From positions 89,094,001-89,158,000 of the forward strand of contig OX597820.1 in assembly GCA_951406725.2 (NCBI GenBank): a stretch of DNA of 64,000 nucleotides, in the 5' to 3' direction. The stretch's first letter is position 1, and every line of letters starts with the position of its first letter. Below are positions 1 through 13,225 of this stretch, one piece after another. The position numbers and the translations under genes are program-made. The notes beneath the pieces are model-generated. The model saw only the letters and a list, made by a program, of their open reading frames with translations. It made no database searches and was not told the origin of the DNA. The stretch comes from Octopus vulgaris (lineage: Eukaryota).

Positions 1-1149
1 CACACACACACAGACACACACATATGCATAGCTATCACTCACAAATGGGTATGACTTGGTAACACACACCATGCTTTCACCATGCTTTTAGTTATCTCTG
101 CTGAATGTGACCCAATACAGACAGCCTCTTCGGTTCGGGCTCCAGCTTTGACACAGCACAACATCCAGGAGACAATGCACTACCTAGTCCAGGAATCGAA
201 CCCAAGACCTTATGATCAAGATTTCAACACTCTAACCTCTAAGCCACCCACCTTTGGTTGGCCTAAGGCTATAGAAAAAGACACTTGCTCAAGGTGCCAT
301 GCAGTGGGGGTGAACTCAGAACCACGTGGTTCATAAGCAAGCTATTTACCACACATCCACTCCTGTGCCGCCACACAGCTACTCCTGTGCTTCCACACAG
401 CCACTCCTGTGCCTTGTGTGTGTGTGTGTATTTTTATATTTGTATTTGTCACTTCTTGACACAGTGTTGTGGTGTTAAGTCCTTTTAACTTAGAGACTTA
501 GATAAGTCTCTAACAGAATAAGTACTGGAGTAGATTTGAGTGACTAAAAACTCTTCAAAGAGGTGCCCCAGCATAGCTGCAGTCCAGTGACTAAAATACA
601 GTAAAATACTTGTCGGAGTCATTATCCACTCAATAAAGACCTATCCCCAAGCAAAACAGCTTAAGAGTCCTGATGGCAAGTTGCTTTATAGACTGACCAA
701 TTAATTTTAATATTCAACATCATAGACCTGCTCATTCATGGTTAACCTGAGATTAAAAATCAGTCTGCCACAACTCATTTATATCTCCATAATGAGGAGC
801 GTGGCTGGATACCTTTGATCACCTAAGGTTTACTAAACAGGGGTTAAACAACTCCAAACTATTGTTTTTGTATTTTTGCTCATGTTTGTTTGCAGCTGTA
901 AATTTTATCACTTGTTTAATTTTCATGCTATAGTAGAAATAGAAAAAACAGAGTGAGGGGAGTACTTCTGTGAACTAGGAGTGGAGTATACTTGTGAGAG
1001 ATCCTTACCAATCAGCCACATGGCTGTCTTTTCAATGTGGTGTAGGATGCTGTTTAGGGCCCAGCTCAAGTTTGATTGATCAAACTGCTTTAGTCATGAA
1101 CATCTCATATTTTACTCAGACATTGTGTATCCAGAAGCACATGATACAA

Positions 1150-1531
1150 TCTTTTATCTTTTACTTGTCTCAGTCATTTGACTGCATCCATACTGGGCCA
1201 CCACCTTGAAGAATTTTTAGTTGAATGAATTCCTCCTCTTCACACAATATTGTTTTAAAGCCTGGTACTTATTCTATCAGTCTCTTTTGCAAAAACCACT
1301 AAGTTATGGGAATGTAAACAAACCAACACTGGTTGTCAAGTGGTGGTGGAGGACACACATAGATATATATGTATACGATGGGCTTCTTTCAGTTTCCACC
1401 AACAAAATTCACTCACAAAGCTTTGATTGGCCCAAGGCTGTAATAGAAGACACTCGTTCAAATGCACATAGCGGGACTGAACCCAGAACCATGTGGTTGG
1501 GAAGCAAGCTTCTTACCTCACAGTCACGCCT
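1150..1531 (-). mobile_element. SINE family A (tRNA-derived), diverged copy
   Basis: Reverse complement of the family head and core: ttttacttgtctcagtcatttgact...gactgaacccagaaccatgtggttgg. Confidence 0.75.
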
Positions 1532-1699
1532 AGGAACTTTAACTTAGCTATCATCTCACTTTGTGCTGTTGTTTATAGAAAAAAGAGCTAAAAAGCAAAA
1601 AATAAGAAAAAAACAATATAGCCTGACACAATGATATCATACCCGCTAAAAACAAAACAAAAAATACAAACAACACCAAAAAACAAAACAAAACAAAAT

Positions 1700-2035
1700 A
1701 AACCCAAGTCAGAATGCTCAATATAATCATAGGTATCAGTTTCGTAAGGTTACCAAGAAAGAGACTAAAATAGACATCCGGCATTGGTTGAATGCATATT
1801 GCAGAACAGGACATTCTTTGTGCAAGTGGGCAATGCACAAACTGGATTGGTCTATTTCAAAGCAGTATGCATGCTCTGCTGCTTTTTAACATCTGCATTA
1901 ATAACCAGCCAAGAAATAAAAATCGTGACAAACTGATTTGTGTATGGTGACAAATTAGTAGACATATAACAACAGATCTCTACCCATCGCCCTCAAAAAC
2001 GTATTGTTGGAAAGTGAACAGAAAATTGGAAATAT
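1700..2035 (+). mobile_element. Decayed non-LTR reverse transcriptase fragment
   Basis: Frame-broken QSSMHALLLFNICINNQP (cf. QGSVLAPLLFNIYTNDQP) followed by FVYGDKL (cf. F.YADDL). Confidence 0.55.
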
Positions 2036-2503
2036 TTTTATCAACTAAGAACTAGAGTTGACCCTTTTGTTACTATATTTCAGTTGAAATACTGTTTTTC
2101 ATCAAATAAATTTTGAAAATAATTTATTATATAAAATCCGTTCCGTCTGTCTCCATCCGATTGCACTCAAATTTGATATATAAATACCGACAGTATCAGG
2201 GCATGTATAAGTCTTGAAAAAATTACAAAAATCGATTCCAGGTGAGAATGTGATCGATAAAGCCATGGGAACATGCATTTGTACGCGCAAGTACATCAGT
2301 CGAAATCTGTCTTTTGCTGATGTCTCAAATTTAGGTTAAATCAGTGTTTCTCAAAGGGGAGGCCTATGGGACGGTCAAACAAGTTGTTTCGAGAAAATTT
2401 GGTTTAAATTTTTGACAACTCAGCACCGTCCATTGGACGGGGAAGAAATAAAAATCGTGACAAACTGATTTGTGTATGGTGACAAATTAGTAGACATATA
2501 ACA
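1911..2503. repeat. Perfect 61-bp direct repeat (1911-1971 and 2443-2503)
   Basis: aagaaataaaaatcgtgacaaactgatttgtgtatggtgacaaattagtagacatataaca occurs at both positions. Confidence 0.9.
2128..2442 (+). mobile_element. Putative non-autonomous Helitron-like element nested in a MITE
   Basis: CpG-retaining insert starting tatataaaatccgttccgtctgtct...ccgattgcactcaaatttg and ending in the hairpin ccgtcca-t-tggacgg. It interrupts a CCCTTTTGTTAC-type MITE that starts at about 2062. Confidence 0.4.
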
Positions 2504-2902
2504 TATGCCTGTAAGAATATATTAAAATAGCTTTGTTATTAATAAGCTGATGTTTGGATCATAAATTAACATGAAATTTTAATTGGAAGCTTTAATTTAG
2601 ATCCCTTTAAAGCAGGAAGTTTGTGCCATACAACCAAGGGCTGTCTCAGGCAGTTTGGTGTCAAAGAGGTCAGTGACACTCAGCCAGCTGAAACAAAGTT
2701 TTCACACACAATGACTCTATTATCTATGATTGCGTCACAGATCCACAAACTGTAACACACCTGTTGGGTTGTTTTCTAGCACAAGTATCATGTCCTGTTG
2801 ATTTTACAATGTACAAGGAAGCTAGAGAGAAATGCTTTCAGATACAGTAGAACAATGTCAGGTTTGCATGATAAGAAAATGTCCGTTGTAAATCTTAATA
2901 AT

Positions 2903-3200
2903 GGAGGCACATGGCCTAGTGGTTAGAGCAGTGGACTCACGGTCGAGGGATCGTGGGTTCGAATCTCAGACCAGACGATGTGTGTGTTTATGAGTGAAAC
3001 ACCTAAGCTCCATGTGGTTCTAGTGGAAGGTAATGGTGAACTTCTGCTGACTTTTCGCCACAAATTTCTCTCACTCTTTTCCTCCTGCATCTAGCAGCTC
3101 ACCAGAGATAGACTGGCATCCTGTCCAGGTGGGGAACCTATATGCCAAGGAAATTGGGAAACTGGCCCTTACGAGCCAGGCGTGGCTCGAGAAGGAACAA
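2903..3200 (+). mobile_element. SINE family C (tRNA-derived head)
   Basis: A box tggcctagtgg and B box ggttcgaatct. The body gtgtgtttatgagtgaaacacctaagctcca is shared with copies at 8373, 41193, 42145 and 61953. Confidence 0.8.
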
Positions 3201-3397
3201 GCCAAACCATGTAATTCAGAAGCAAGCTTCTTACCACATAGTCACACCTGATTTTTAAAATCTGGTACTTATTCCTTTGGCTTCTATTGCCAAACTGCCA
3301 AGTTACAGGGTTATAAACAAACAACAAAGCAACAGCTGTTAAGTGGTGGTGGACAAACACAAGCATAAAGACTAACACACACACACACGCACACATA

Positions 3398-3763
3398 CAT
3401 CATCATCATTTAGCGTCCGCTTTCCATGCTAGCATGGGTTGGACGGTTCAACTGGGGTCTGTGAAGCTGGAAGGCTTCGTCAGGCCCAGTCAGATCTGGC
3501 AGTGTTTCTACGGCTGGATGCCCTTCCTAACGCCAACCACTCCGTGAGTGTAGTGGGTGCTTTTTACGTGCCACCCGCACAGGTGCCAGACAGAGCTGGC
3601 AAACGGCCATGAACGGATGGTGCTTTTACGTGTCACTGGCACGGGGGCCAGGCGAGGCTGGCAACGGACACGAACGGATGGTGCTTTTACGTGCCACCGA
3701 CACAGGGCCAGACAGAGCTGGCAAACGGCCACGAACGGATGGTGCTTTTACGTGTCACTGGCA
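3398..3763 (-). mobile_element. RTE-tail-type retroposon 3' end with internal ~60-nt repeats
   Basis: (CAT)n tail and ...tacggctggatgcccttcctaacgccaacc, also seen at about 16800, 18893 and 32635. The gatggtgcttttacgtg unit is repeated three times. Confidence 0.7.
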
Positions 3764-5532
3764 CATACATATACATACATATATGTATATATATATATAT
3801 ATACATATATGACAGACTTCTTTCAGTTTCTGTCTACTAAATCCATTCACAAGGCTTTGGTTAGCCCAGGGCTATAGTAGAAACACTTACCTAAGGTGCC
3901 ATGCAGTGAAACTGAACCTGAAACCATGTGGTTTCCTATCACACAGCCACACTTGTGTGCATGTTAAGCTTTCTGGTTTTTCTTTTTTTTTCTTTTTCCT
4001 TTTATTTTGTGGGATGTACCACATCAGAGAATCATTAATTTTCTCAGGCACAGTCATTAGAGTACCAGATAGAAATCCTTGCGATATTTATTCTAATTCT
4101 CTTCTTCCCAAGTTCAAACCCTACCAAAGTTGGCTTTATGTTTACCTTTCATCCTTTTGATGGAGTTGGCTAAAAAGTAGCAATCTAGAGAGGTGGATTG
4201 GTGGAACTAAGATTGTTGGACCAGATGCAGTGCAGTATTTGGCCCAATTACTTGTGTTCAGAGTTCAAATCTGTCCAAGGCCTGCTTGGATAATGAACTT
4301 AATCAGTCACCCTATTTAACACCACTACCTGGTACTTTGAGTAATTTTAGTAGAATTCACTCTCTTGTAAGTATCTGAGCCAAGTCACTGGTTTGAAGAT
4401 ATCTTCCTCCAACTCTCCCTCCCACCTTAGCACCAATCATTGAAGCTCTATAAAGAGTCAGAGTCATGGGCACTACCTTTCCTCCTGATTATGATAAGGA
4501 AAAAAGTAGATTACAAACAGTTAAAAACTACATCTTCCACAGTACATAGATATCTATGAATCCTTTGTGGTCACTTGATCCATTAGAAATAGCAGTTAAG
4601 TCTTCCTTATACCACACACCAACTATAATCTTACAAAAAAGTGAAGGACACATTGAATGATTCTTTCTACTTTAGGCACAAGGCCTGGAATTTTGGGAGA
4701 GGGGAATAGTTGTTTATATCAGCCCCAGTGTTCAACTGGTACTTATTTTATTAACACCCAAAAGGATGAAAAGCAAAGTCAACCTTGGTGGAATTTGAAC
4801 TTAGAAAAACAAAGATTAGTGAAAAGCCATTAAGAATATTGTCCCGTGTGTTAACAGTTCTGCTAGTTTGCTGCCCACAGGGACACACATTAAATGATAT
4901 AATTCTAAACACATTATATTTGGATGTAAGACAGGATGGTCACAGCTAGAAAGGCTTTTGATCATAATTCTGTTCAGTTAGAGTTACCCTAGCACTAAAC
5001 AACAACAACAACAACACACACACACACACACACACATACACAAACAAACACACACACACAAATAGCAATAATTGCCACAATAACCCTGGAGACAGGATTC
5101 TTTTGATCACTTGATCAATAAAGATCTTAATTAGTTCACTAACAAGATAATTAATTGAGACAGCAGACCTCTATTAAAACAAATAAACAAAAGAGCATTA
5201 ATACTAGAATTACAAGGAATTTCAGTTCTATTAATATTGATATTTTTTTTTCTCCTTTTCTGTCTATAATTGGGACAAGGCTAAATATCTGGTGGGAAAA
5301 AAAGGTGGTGGTAGTGGTGGTGGTGGGGTGTTGTGATGTTGTCTGTTAACTACATACAATACAAGACTCCTATTCACTTCATAGTTTCCCCGAGAACGTC
5401 TGTAGGCAAGTCTACCCTGGCGGGACTGCGATACAGAGAGTAAAGGAAATAGCAGTGTCTGACATTACTGTGGGGCGACATAACGTTAGGCTTGATGAGA
5501 TGAAATGCCAGTGGGACACATTTACATAGTTC

Positions 5533-6130
5533 ATGATTACTCATGCAAACACACACACACACATGTATGCAAACACACACATGCAAACACAAACACATAC
5601 ACACACATGCACACACACACACACACATACATGTGAACATACATGCACACACATAGATGCAAACTCACACACATGCAAATACACATGCACACACATGTAA
5701 ACACACACACACATTCATGCAAACACACATGTAAATACAAACATGCATACATGTAAACACACATACATGCACACATGCAAACATGCACAATGCATACATC
5801 ACACATGCATACACAAGTTTATGATTACACATGCAAACATACACACACATGTATGCAAACACACACATGCAAACACAAACACATACACACACACACACAC
5901 ATACATGTGAACATACATGCACACACACACATGCAAATACACATGCACACACATGTAAACAGACACACACAAACACACATGTAAACACAAACATGTATAC
6001 ATGTAAACACACATACACGCACATATGCATACATCACACATGCATACTCAACACATACATAAACCACACATGGATTACATATGCATTCATTTACATACAC
6101 ATGCATACGTGCACATGCAAGCATGCATGC
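5533..6130. repeat. CA/CATG-rich low-complexity tract with ~288-bp internal duplication
   Basis: atgattac..catgcaaaca... starts at 5533 and again at 5821. This tract is the source of the C/V/H/T-rich pseudo-ORFs. Confidence 0.85.
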
Positions 6131-8372
6131 AAAATTATACATGAATGAATTATATATTTTTGCAAGCATATGAATAGGTAGCGGGGCTCCAAAATGGGTC
6201 TCAGGGAGTAGTGTCCCTGCTTTCCTGAGCTAGTTTTCCACCACATTTCTTTAAAATCATAGTAGAGGCCTTAGTCTCAGGACCACTCATGTCCAGAAAC
6301 TAAGGTTGGGGTTAAGCAAGGGCATGCTCCCTGTAGAAAATCCAGCTCCCAAAACACCACATGATAGCAAAGGAAAATGAGCGCCAACCAGCCCAAAAGT
6401 TGAGGTGGGCTGCACCTGCCTACCTCAGTTGCTATGGCATTGAGGAAGATCCGGTAGCCCCAGTTAATGGGGACATAACCCAGATTTAAAACATTGAATG
6501 ATGATGATGATGAATGCAATCAACCACATGCATGCATGCATAGTTAGTGAACAAACACAAATGCACATGTATGCATTCACACAGTATATGCACAATTATA
6601 CACCAATGTATTATCTATTTTTGCATGCATATGAAAGCAATCAACTATATGTATATGCAGTCAGTGCACCAACAAAAGCTTACTTATGCATACACACATT
6701 ATATGCACGATTATACACTCATGAATTATATATTTGCAAGTATATAAATACAAGCAACGACATGTATGCAAGGTTAGAGCACAAACATACATGCATACAT
6801 ATGCATTTGCACACATATACACAATTATACACTAATGAAAGATATTTTTCGCAAGCATATGAATGCAATAAAGCACATGTATGTGCAATTAGTGCACAAA
6901 CGCATATACACATTTGTGCAAGTGCATGAATGCACATATGTGTGAGTACATGTATGCATACGTATGTATAAATTCAGGACATCCTTACTATACACTTGTA
7001 TATATATCAAAATGAATCAAAGGTCTTTTCAAGCCATAAGTTGGTGAGGTTGGTTACCCAGATTCTGTGACTTTTATCCCGCCCCTCATACCTTGCACCC
7101 AGCTGGGACATTGGTTTGTGGCATGATTACTAATTTTTGCCAGCTGATTGGTCTGGAGGAATGTGACATTAAATATTTTCATCAAGAACACAACCCCTCA
7201 CTCGGTCCAGTAACTGAAAGCACACTCTTACGACCACGAGTGCAACTAACCACAAAGCCATGCATCTCCACACACACACACATACACAGATGTACACACA
7301 CATATACACACCATATACTAGCACATTATATACGTGTGCAAGTGCACAATGCATTCATGAATATGCACATATTCAGCAATTAATGCAAGATTATGCATTT
7401 ATGCAAAGCAGACACATACCTATAAATATGCATGTGCAAAAAAAATGTGTATGCATGTTAGAAAACATGTGCATGTATGCATAAGCAAATGTATAGATGA
7501 ATGCACTTGGGTACATTGTGCATAAATGCAGACATGCATACTTGCACAATGAAACAATGTATTCAAACATGGAAAATTAAAGCACTCATGCTTGCGCATA
7601 TATGCACATACATACGTGTGCATGCATATGCATGCAAGTGCTTGAATGCATGCATACATAGATAAATACATATACACATGCATACACGCATATATATGTA
7701 TATACAGCTAGACTGATACGTATAACAAAATAAAACAGGAGAGCCTGTTTATAAGATATTTAAATAGTTTATAAACGAACTTTCTTGCCTTGTTCTCTTT
7801 TCTGTGTGCACTCTGTGACATGCCCAACAGTGGATTCCATTTGAATGATGCAATGGATTATAACATGAATTCTCTACATGGTTTCTGTTCCGATATATAG
7901 GAATATGCTCGCAGTTCTAAATACTGGTCATTTAAATGCAATTTAATACATAAATTACATTTACATACATAATATATTCATACATACATATATTTTTATA
8001 TACATGTATATACAAATAAAATAAAATACACACAAACACATACATACACACCAACACATACAGTAACATCTCGAAAGTTCATTGACATCATCATTACTGA
8101 AAAATTCATTTGTAGAAGCTAAATAATATCATTTGGTGCATCTGAATACTTAATCTAGTATTTAATAGACATGCCTTGTGCATAATACATTAGCAAATTC
8201 AAAGCACAAGGCAATGTGTGCAAGACATAAAATGATATAATGAGGGTTGGTCTTTTTACTTTTGAGGTGTCTGTGAGAAAAAAAAAAATTCAATTCTCAA
8301 ACCTCCTGACTTTATGCTTATAACGAGTATGATGATGATGATGATGATATATATATATATATATATATATAT

Positions 8373-8747
8373 GGAGGTGCAATGGCCCAGTGGTTAGGGC
8401 AGCGGACTCGCGGTCATATGATCGCAGTTTCGATTCCCAGACTGGGCGTTGTGAGTGTTTATTGAGCGAAAACACCTAAAGCTCCACGAGGCTCTGGCAG
8501 GGGATGGTGGTGATCCCTGCTGTACTCTTTCACCACATGTTTCTCTCACTCTTTCTTCCTGTTTCTGTTGTACCTGTATTTCAAAGGGCCGGCCTTGTCA
8601 CTCTCTGTGTCACGCTGAATATCCCCGAGAACTACGTTAAGGGTACACGTGTCTGTGGAGTGCTCAGCCACTTACACGTTAATTTCACAAGCAGGCTGTT
8701 GGTCGGATCAACTAGAACCCTCATCGTCGTAACCGACGGAGTGCTTC

Positions 8748-8748
<1 letters not shown>
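8373..8748 (+). mobile_element. SINE family C copy (alternative tail) inserted after (TA)n
   Basis: Head ggaggtgcaatggcccagtggttagggcagcggactcgcgg...gtttcgattccc with A and B boxes; tail ends ...gtcgtaaccgacggagtgc. Confidence 0.8.
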
Positions 8749-8784
<36 letters not shown>

Positions 8785-8789
8785 CTTTT

Positions 8790-8987
8790 TTTTTTACATG
8801 TTTCAGTCATTTGACTGTGGCCATGCTGGAGCACCACCTTTAGTTGAGCAAATTGACCATAGGACTTATTTTTTTAAAGCCTAGCACTTATTCTATCGGT
8901 CTCTTTTGCCTAGCCACTAAGTTACAGGGATGCAAACACCAGCATCAGTTGTCAAGCGATGTTGGGGGGACAAACACAGACACACAA

Positions 8988-9025
<38 letters not shown>

Positions 9026-9717
9026 TCTTTTACTCTTTACTCTTTTACTTGTTTCAGTCATTTGACTGCGGCCATGCTGGAGCACCACCTTTAGTACTTA
9101 TTCTATCGGTCTCTTTTTGCCGAACTGCTAAGTGACGGGGACGTAAACACACCAGCATCGGTTGTCAAGCAATGCTAGGGGGACAAACACAGACACACAA
9201 ATACACACACATATACATATATATACATATATACGACAGGCCTCTTTCAGTTTCCATCTACCAAATCCACTCACAAGGCATTGGTCGGCCCGGGGCTATA
9301 GCAGAAGACACTTGCCCAAGATGCCACGCAGTGGGACTGAACCTGCAACCGTGTGGTTGGTTAGCAAGCTACTTACCACACAGCCACTCCTGCGCCTATG
9401 TATATATATATATACATCAATTGCTTACTAGTACTCTTAGTCACTATAGTGACGTCTATAGTTCTGCCTTTCAGATGTAAATTGCTAATAAGCCACCTTT
9501 ATATACTCTCTTTTCTCTTTTACTTGTTTCAGTCATTTGACTGCGGCCATGCTGGAGCACCACCTTTAGTCGAGCAAATCGACCCCGGTACTTATTCTTT
9601 GTAAGCCCAGTACTTATTCTATCGGTCTCTTTTGCCGAACCGCTAAGTGACGGGGACATAAACACACCAGCATCGGTTGTCAAGCAATGCTAGGGGGACA
9701 AACACAGACACACAAAC

Positions 9718-9748
<31 letters not shown>

Positions 9749-9876
9749 CATATATACGACAGGCTTCTTTCAGTTTCCGTCTACCAAATCCACTCACAAG
9801 GCATTGGTCGGCCCGGGGATATAGTAGAAGACACTTGCCCAAGATGCCACGCAGTGGGACTGAACCCGGAACCATG
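8790..9876 (-). mobile_element. Cluster of three SINE family A copies (nested or tandem)
   Basis: tgtttcagtcatttgactg.ggccatgctggagcacc occurs at about 8800, 9050 and 9525. The tRNA-like head ends at 9397 (cagccactcctgcgcct). Confidence 0.85.
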
Positions 9877-10999
9877 TATCAAATATAAAGAAATTCAGGA
9901 GGGATGAGATGAATATATTTATTTCACCAATTGATATCCATAGGATGATGGCCATTTCGCAGCCAACATCATACAAAAATGTTTTACTTTAGTGTATAAT
10001 AAATACCATAAATTACTTGACATGTCTGCACAATTGTGTATGCTATATGTTGCATAGTACTATTGTACATTTTACAAACCAATGCAGTTATAGAAGGCTA
10101 GCTCTTCAGGTCAACAGGATATCATGGTTACAAGCAATTTTTCAACTTCAGTATAAACATACAAAGTATCAACTTCAAATTTTTTAATTTGTGGAAGACA
10201 ACAATTAATAAAAAGATATACTAAAGAGGAGAGGAAGGAAGATTTAGTATTATATTAAAAAGGAAATTATGGGTAGAGGTGAAATATGTGAAGATGCTGT
10301 ATGATATGAGAGAGAGAGTCAGGTAGGTTATCCTCAATAACCTAGAAGTATTAAAAACAGAGAGGGAGAAAAAGAATGCGCATATTTAAAGGAAGGAAGG
10401 AGAAGTTAGCAGATATAGTATTTATAAAATATAGCGAGTAATGTCAACAAAAAGAGAAATAAAGTGAAAGTTAAACCAGAATGTGAGAGAGAAAGATAAA
10501 TAAGAACATTAGAATTAGTTTGGTAGATCACAGTATACTGACCTATATAAAGTAAACAGAATGTGGAGAAAATGTATGAGATGGAAAAATTGTGAGATAA
10601 ATTTGTTTTAAGATTGTTTAGAAAGATGTAATTAATAAGGCAGCTGGATAGTTTATAATGATTGCTAGTATTGAAAACAGGGTTGAAATTTAAATGGTCA
10701 ATAGATTCAAAGTGTCTTAAGTAAACTGTATGAAAAATCCAGTACATTTAGCTAAGGAGTAAATAATGGTATTATTTGATTATTTCACCTGCATGATTTA
10801 AAAAAAAAAACTCGAATTTTTTGCATGGAATCAAGTACCCTGACCTCCTAATATGCTGCAAACCCCGTATTTTTATGCAGGAAAAAGGGTGTGAGAGTGT
10901 TGGGGAAACCAGACCTCCTAATATGCTACAAACCTCTTATTTTTGTCTGGAAAAAATGGGTGCGTGTGGAAATTGGAAATTTTTTTTTCTTTTCCATTG

Positions 11000-11440
11000 A
11001 ATGAATTCCGGTGACCTCTACCTTGATTAGCTTTAAATCATAAAATAATTTCATTGGTATTACACTATGGGGAGAGATTGGATGCCCTCCTTATAGTGAT
11101 CTTTCTCAATATATGTTTTCTCACCAGTCTGTTTCTGATTTAGCCTGGTTAATCAGGTGGAATTTGGGGTTAGAGGCAAAATTTGGTTGGTGGTCTTTGA
11201 TTGTGATAAAGACATTTCTCTTAGCTAACACTTCCACTCTATCAGCTACACCTAGACAGTTTGGTTTCATTGTTAATACAAGTGTATGTGTGTGGGAAAG
11301 CTTGCCTACATTTCTGTGTGATGCAGTTCTTTAAAAGCCTGTGTGTGCTGGTGTCTACTCTATATGGGTTTCTTTTTTTTTAGATTTTGTCAGGGAAGAG
11401 TAAAACCCTATCTGAATTTTTAAGTAAATGTAAATCAGAA
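11000..11440 (-). mobile_element. Penelope-like element (PLE) RT-region relic
   Basis: Minus-strand translation LGVADRVEVLAKRNVFITIKDHQPNFASNPKFHLINQAKSE matches the PLE ORF motif FIT.KDHK.NF..NP.CRLINPAKSE. Stops and frameshifts flank it. Confidence 0.7.
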
Positions 11441-11559
11441 GAAAGCTCACACTGAAATGGTGATAAAGGCATTTCTCTTAGCTAATGCAGAACTATTTTA
11501 GACATACCTGAAACTGATCTAACAAAGATAGCACTACTACAGTCACATTTATTGCCAGT

Positions 11560-11960
11560 AGGCGTAGGAGTGGCTGTGTGGTAAGTAGCTTGCTTACCAA
11601 CCACATGGTTCCGGGTTCAGTTCCACTGCATGGCACCTTGGGCAAGTGTCTTCTACTATAAGCCTCGGGTCAACCAAAGCCTTGTGAGTGGATTTGGTAG
11701 ACGGAAACTTAAAGAAGCCCTTCGTATATATATATATATGTGTGTGTGTGTGTATTTGTGCGTCTGTGTTTTTTCTGCCAACTTTGCTTAACAACTGATG
11801 CTGGTGTGTTTACGTCCCCGTAACTTAGCGGTTCGGCAAAAAAGAGACCAATAGATAAGTACTAGACTTATAAAGAATAAGTCCTGAGGTCGATTTGCTC
11901 GACTAAAGGCAGTGCTCCAGCATGGCCACAGTCAAATGACTGAAACAAAAGAGTAAAAGT
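11560..11960 (+). mobile_element. SINE family A, near full length
   Basis: A box tggctgtgtgg, B box ggttcagttcc, CORE-like ccttgggcaagt, internal (TA)/(TG) microsatellite, and aagagtaaa tail. Confidence 0.88.
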
Positions 11961-12201
11961 AGAATTTCGTTCTGGAATTTTTTGCTAACGAAATTCATGC
12001 TTCCAGTCTGGTTTGGCTTGGTTTCTATAAGTGGATGCCCTTCCTTATACCAACTACTCCAAGAGTATAGTGGGTGCCTTTTACATGACATCAGCACTGG
12101 GCATGACTTTGATTTCCCTTCACTTGATGTGTCTTCTCAAGCAGATAGCCAAAGGTCTCGATCACTTGTTATCACCTGTGAGATTCAACATCCACATACA
12201 C

Positions 12202-12234
<33 letters not shown>

Positions 12235-12236
12235 AA

Positions 12237-12619
12237 ACTCTTTTACTCTATTCTTTTACTTGTTTCAGTCATTTGACTGTGGCCATGCTGGAGCACCGCC
12301 TTTAGTCGAGCAAATCGAAGCCTAGTACTTGTTCTATCGGTCTCTTTTGCTGAACCACTAAGTTATGGGGATGTAAACACACCAGCATCGGTTGTCAAGC
12401 GATGTTGGGGGGACAAACACAGACACACAAACATACACACATATATATACATATATTCGATGGGCTTCTTTCAGTTTCCGTCTACGAAATCCACTCAAGG
12501 CTTTGGTCGGCCCAAGGCTATAGTAGAAGGTACTCGCCCAAGGTGCCACGCAGTGGGACTGAACCCGGAACCATGAGGTTGGTAAGCAAGATACTTATCA
12601 CACAGCCACTCCTACGCCT
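12237..12619 (-). mobile_element. SINE family A
   Basis: Full reverse-complement match to the family consensus seen in other copies. Confidence 0.85.
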
Positions 12620-12868
12620 ATATAAATGTATAGGAAGCAAAATTATAACACTGTATTTACTCATGAATGATACAAGAAATTTTATACAAAAACACTAGGT
12701 TTAAAATGGAGAAGAGTGTAGCATTTTAACCTTGTGAGAAAACTATGAGGATAAATATATTATAATAAATTTTGGGGCACAAAAATTGAGAGTTGAAATA
12801 CATTCAAGAAAACATCACACTGGAATATGTTGCAAATAAAGATCAAGAAAATGTTTTTGATTGCTAAC

Positions 12869-13225
12869 CTTATAAATATCAGGTAGATTTGCATTATAAG
12901 TCACTGGAAGAATCAAATGTGCCACAATAGCCATGGAGATTGGAAAAACTAAAATCAGGAACCAGTATGTGAGTCCTTGGTTTATCATAATAGCTGGTAC
13001 TCCCATTATTGTGTTGGCTGAAAGGTAACTTGCTGTAAGCGATAATGCCACTGGTATGGTGTTAACAGCAACTCTGCGACCAGTATTTTTTTTGGTGATA
13101 AACCTATATATGGTATAGGCCAAGTTACATACCACTGGCAGTAGAACAACAACAAATAAGAGAACCATGTCAATTGTACTTAATTCTTTTGACTCAGAAG
13201 TCGTTGTGTTGGTAGACGTATTCAT
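12869..13225 (-). CDS. First coding exon of a sodium:solute symporter (SLC5 family; SMCT/SMVT/NIS-like)
   Basis: ATG at 13225 opens 119 codons: MNTSTN...STIDMVLLFVVVLLPVVCNLAY...PVALSLTASYLSANTIMGVPAIMINQGLTYW...HLILPVTYNANLPDIYK. This matches the SLC5 motifs PVALSL.AS..SA...G.P and LPV.Y..L.S.YE. It ends at AAG|GTTAGC (phase 0), equivalent to the YE|YLE.RF first intron I recall for vertebrate SLC5A5/A8. Confidence 0.88.

Noticed and set aside
9162-9907. Recurrent peptides such as ...EDTCPRCHAVGLNPEPCGW with a CxxC motif
   Set aside because: They are antisense readings of SINE A; recurrence reflects copy number.
11560-11640. tRNA genes suggested by A/B boxes
   Set aside because: The boxes are SINE heads that continue into repeat bodies; no complete cloverleaf was seen.
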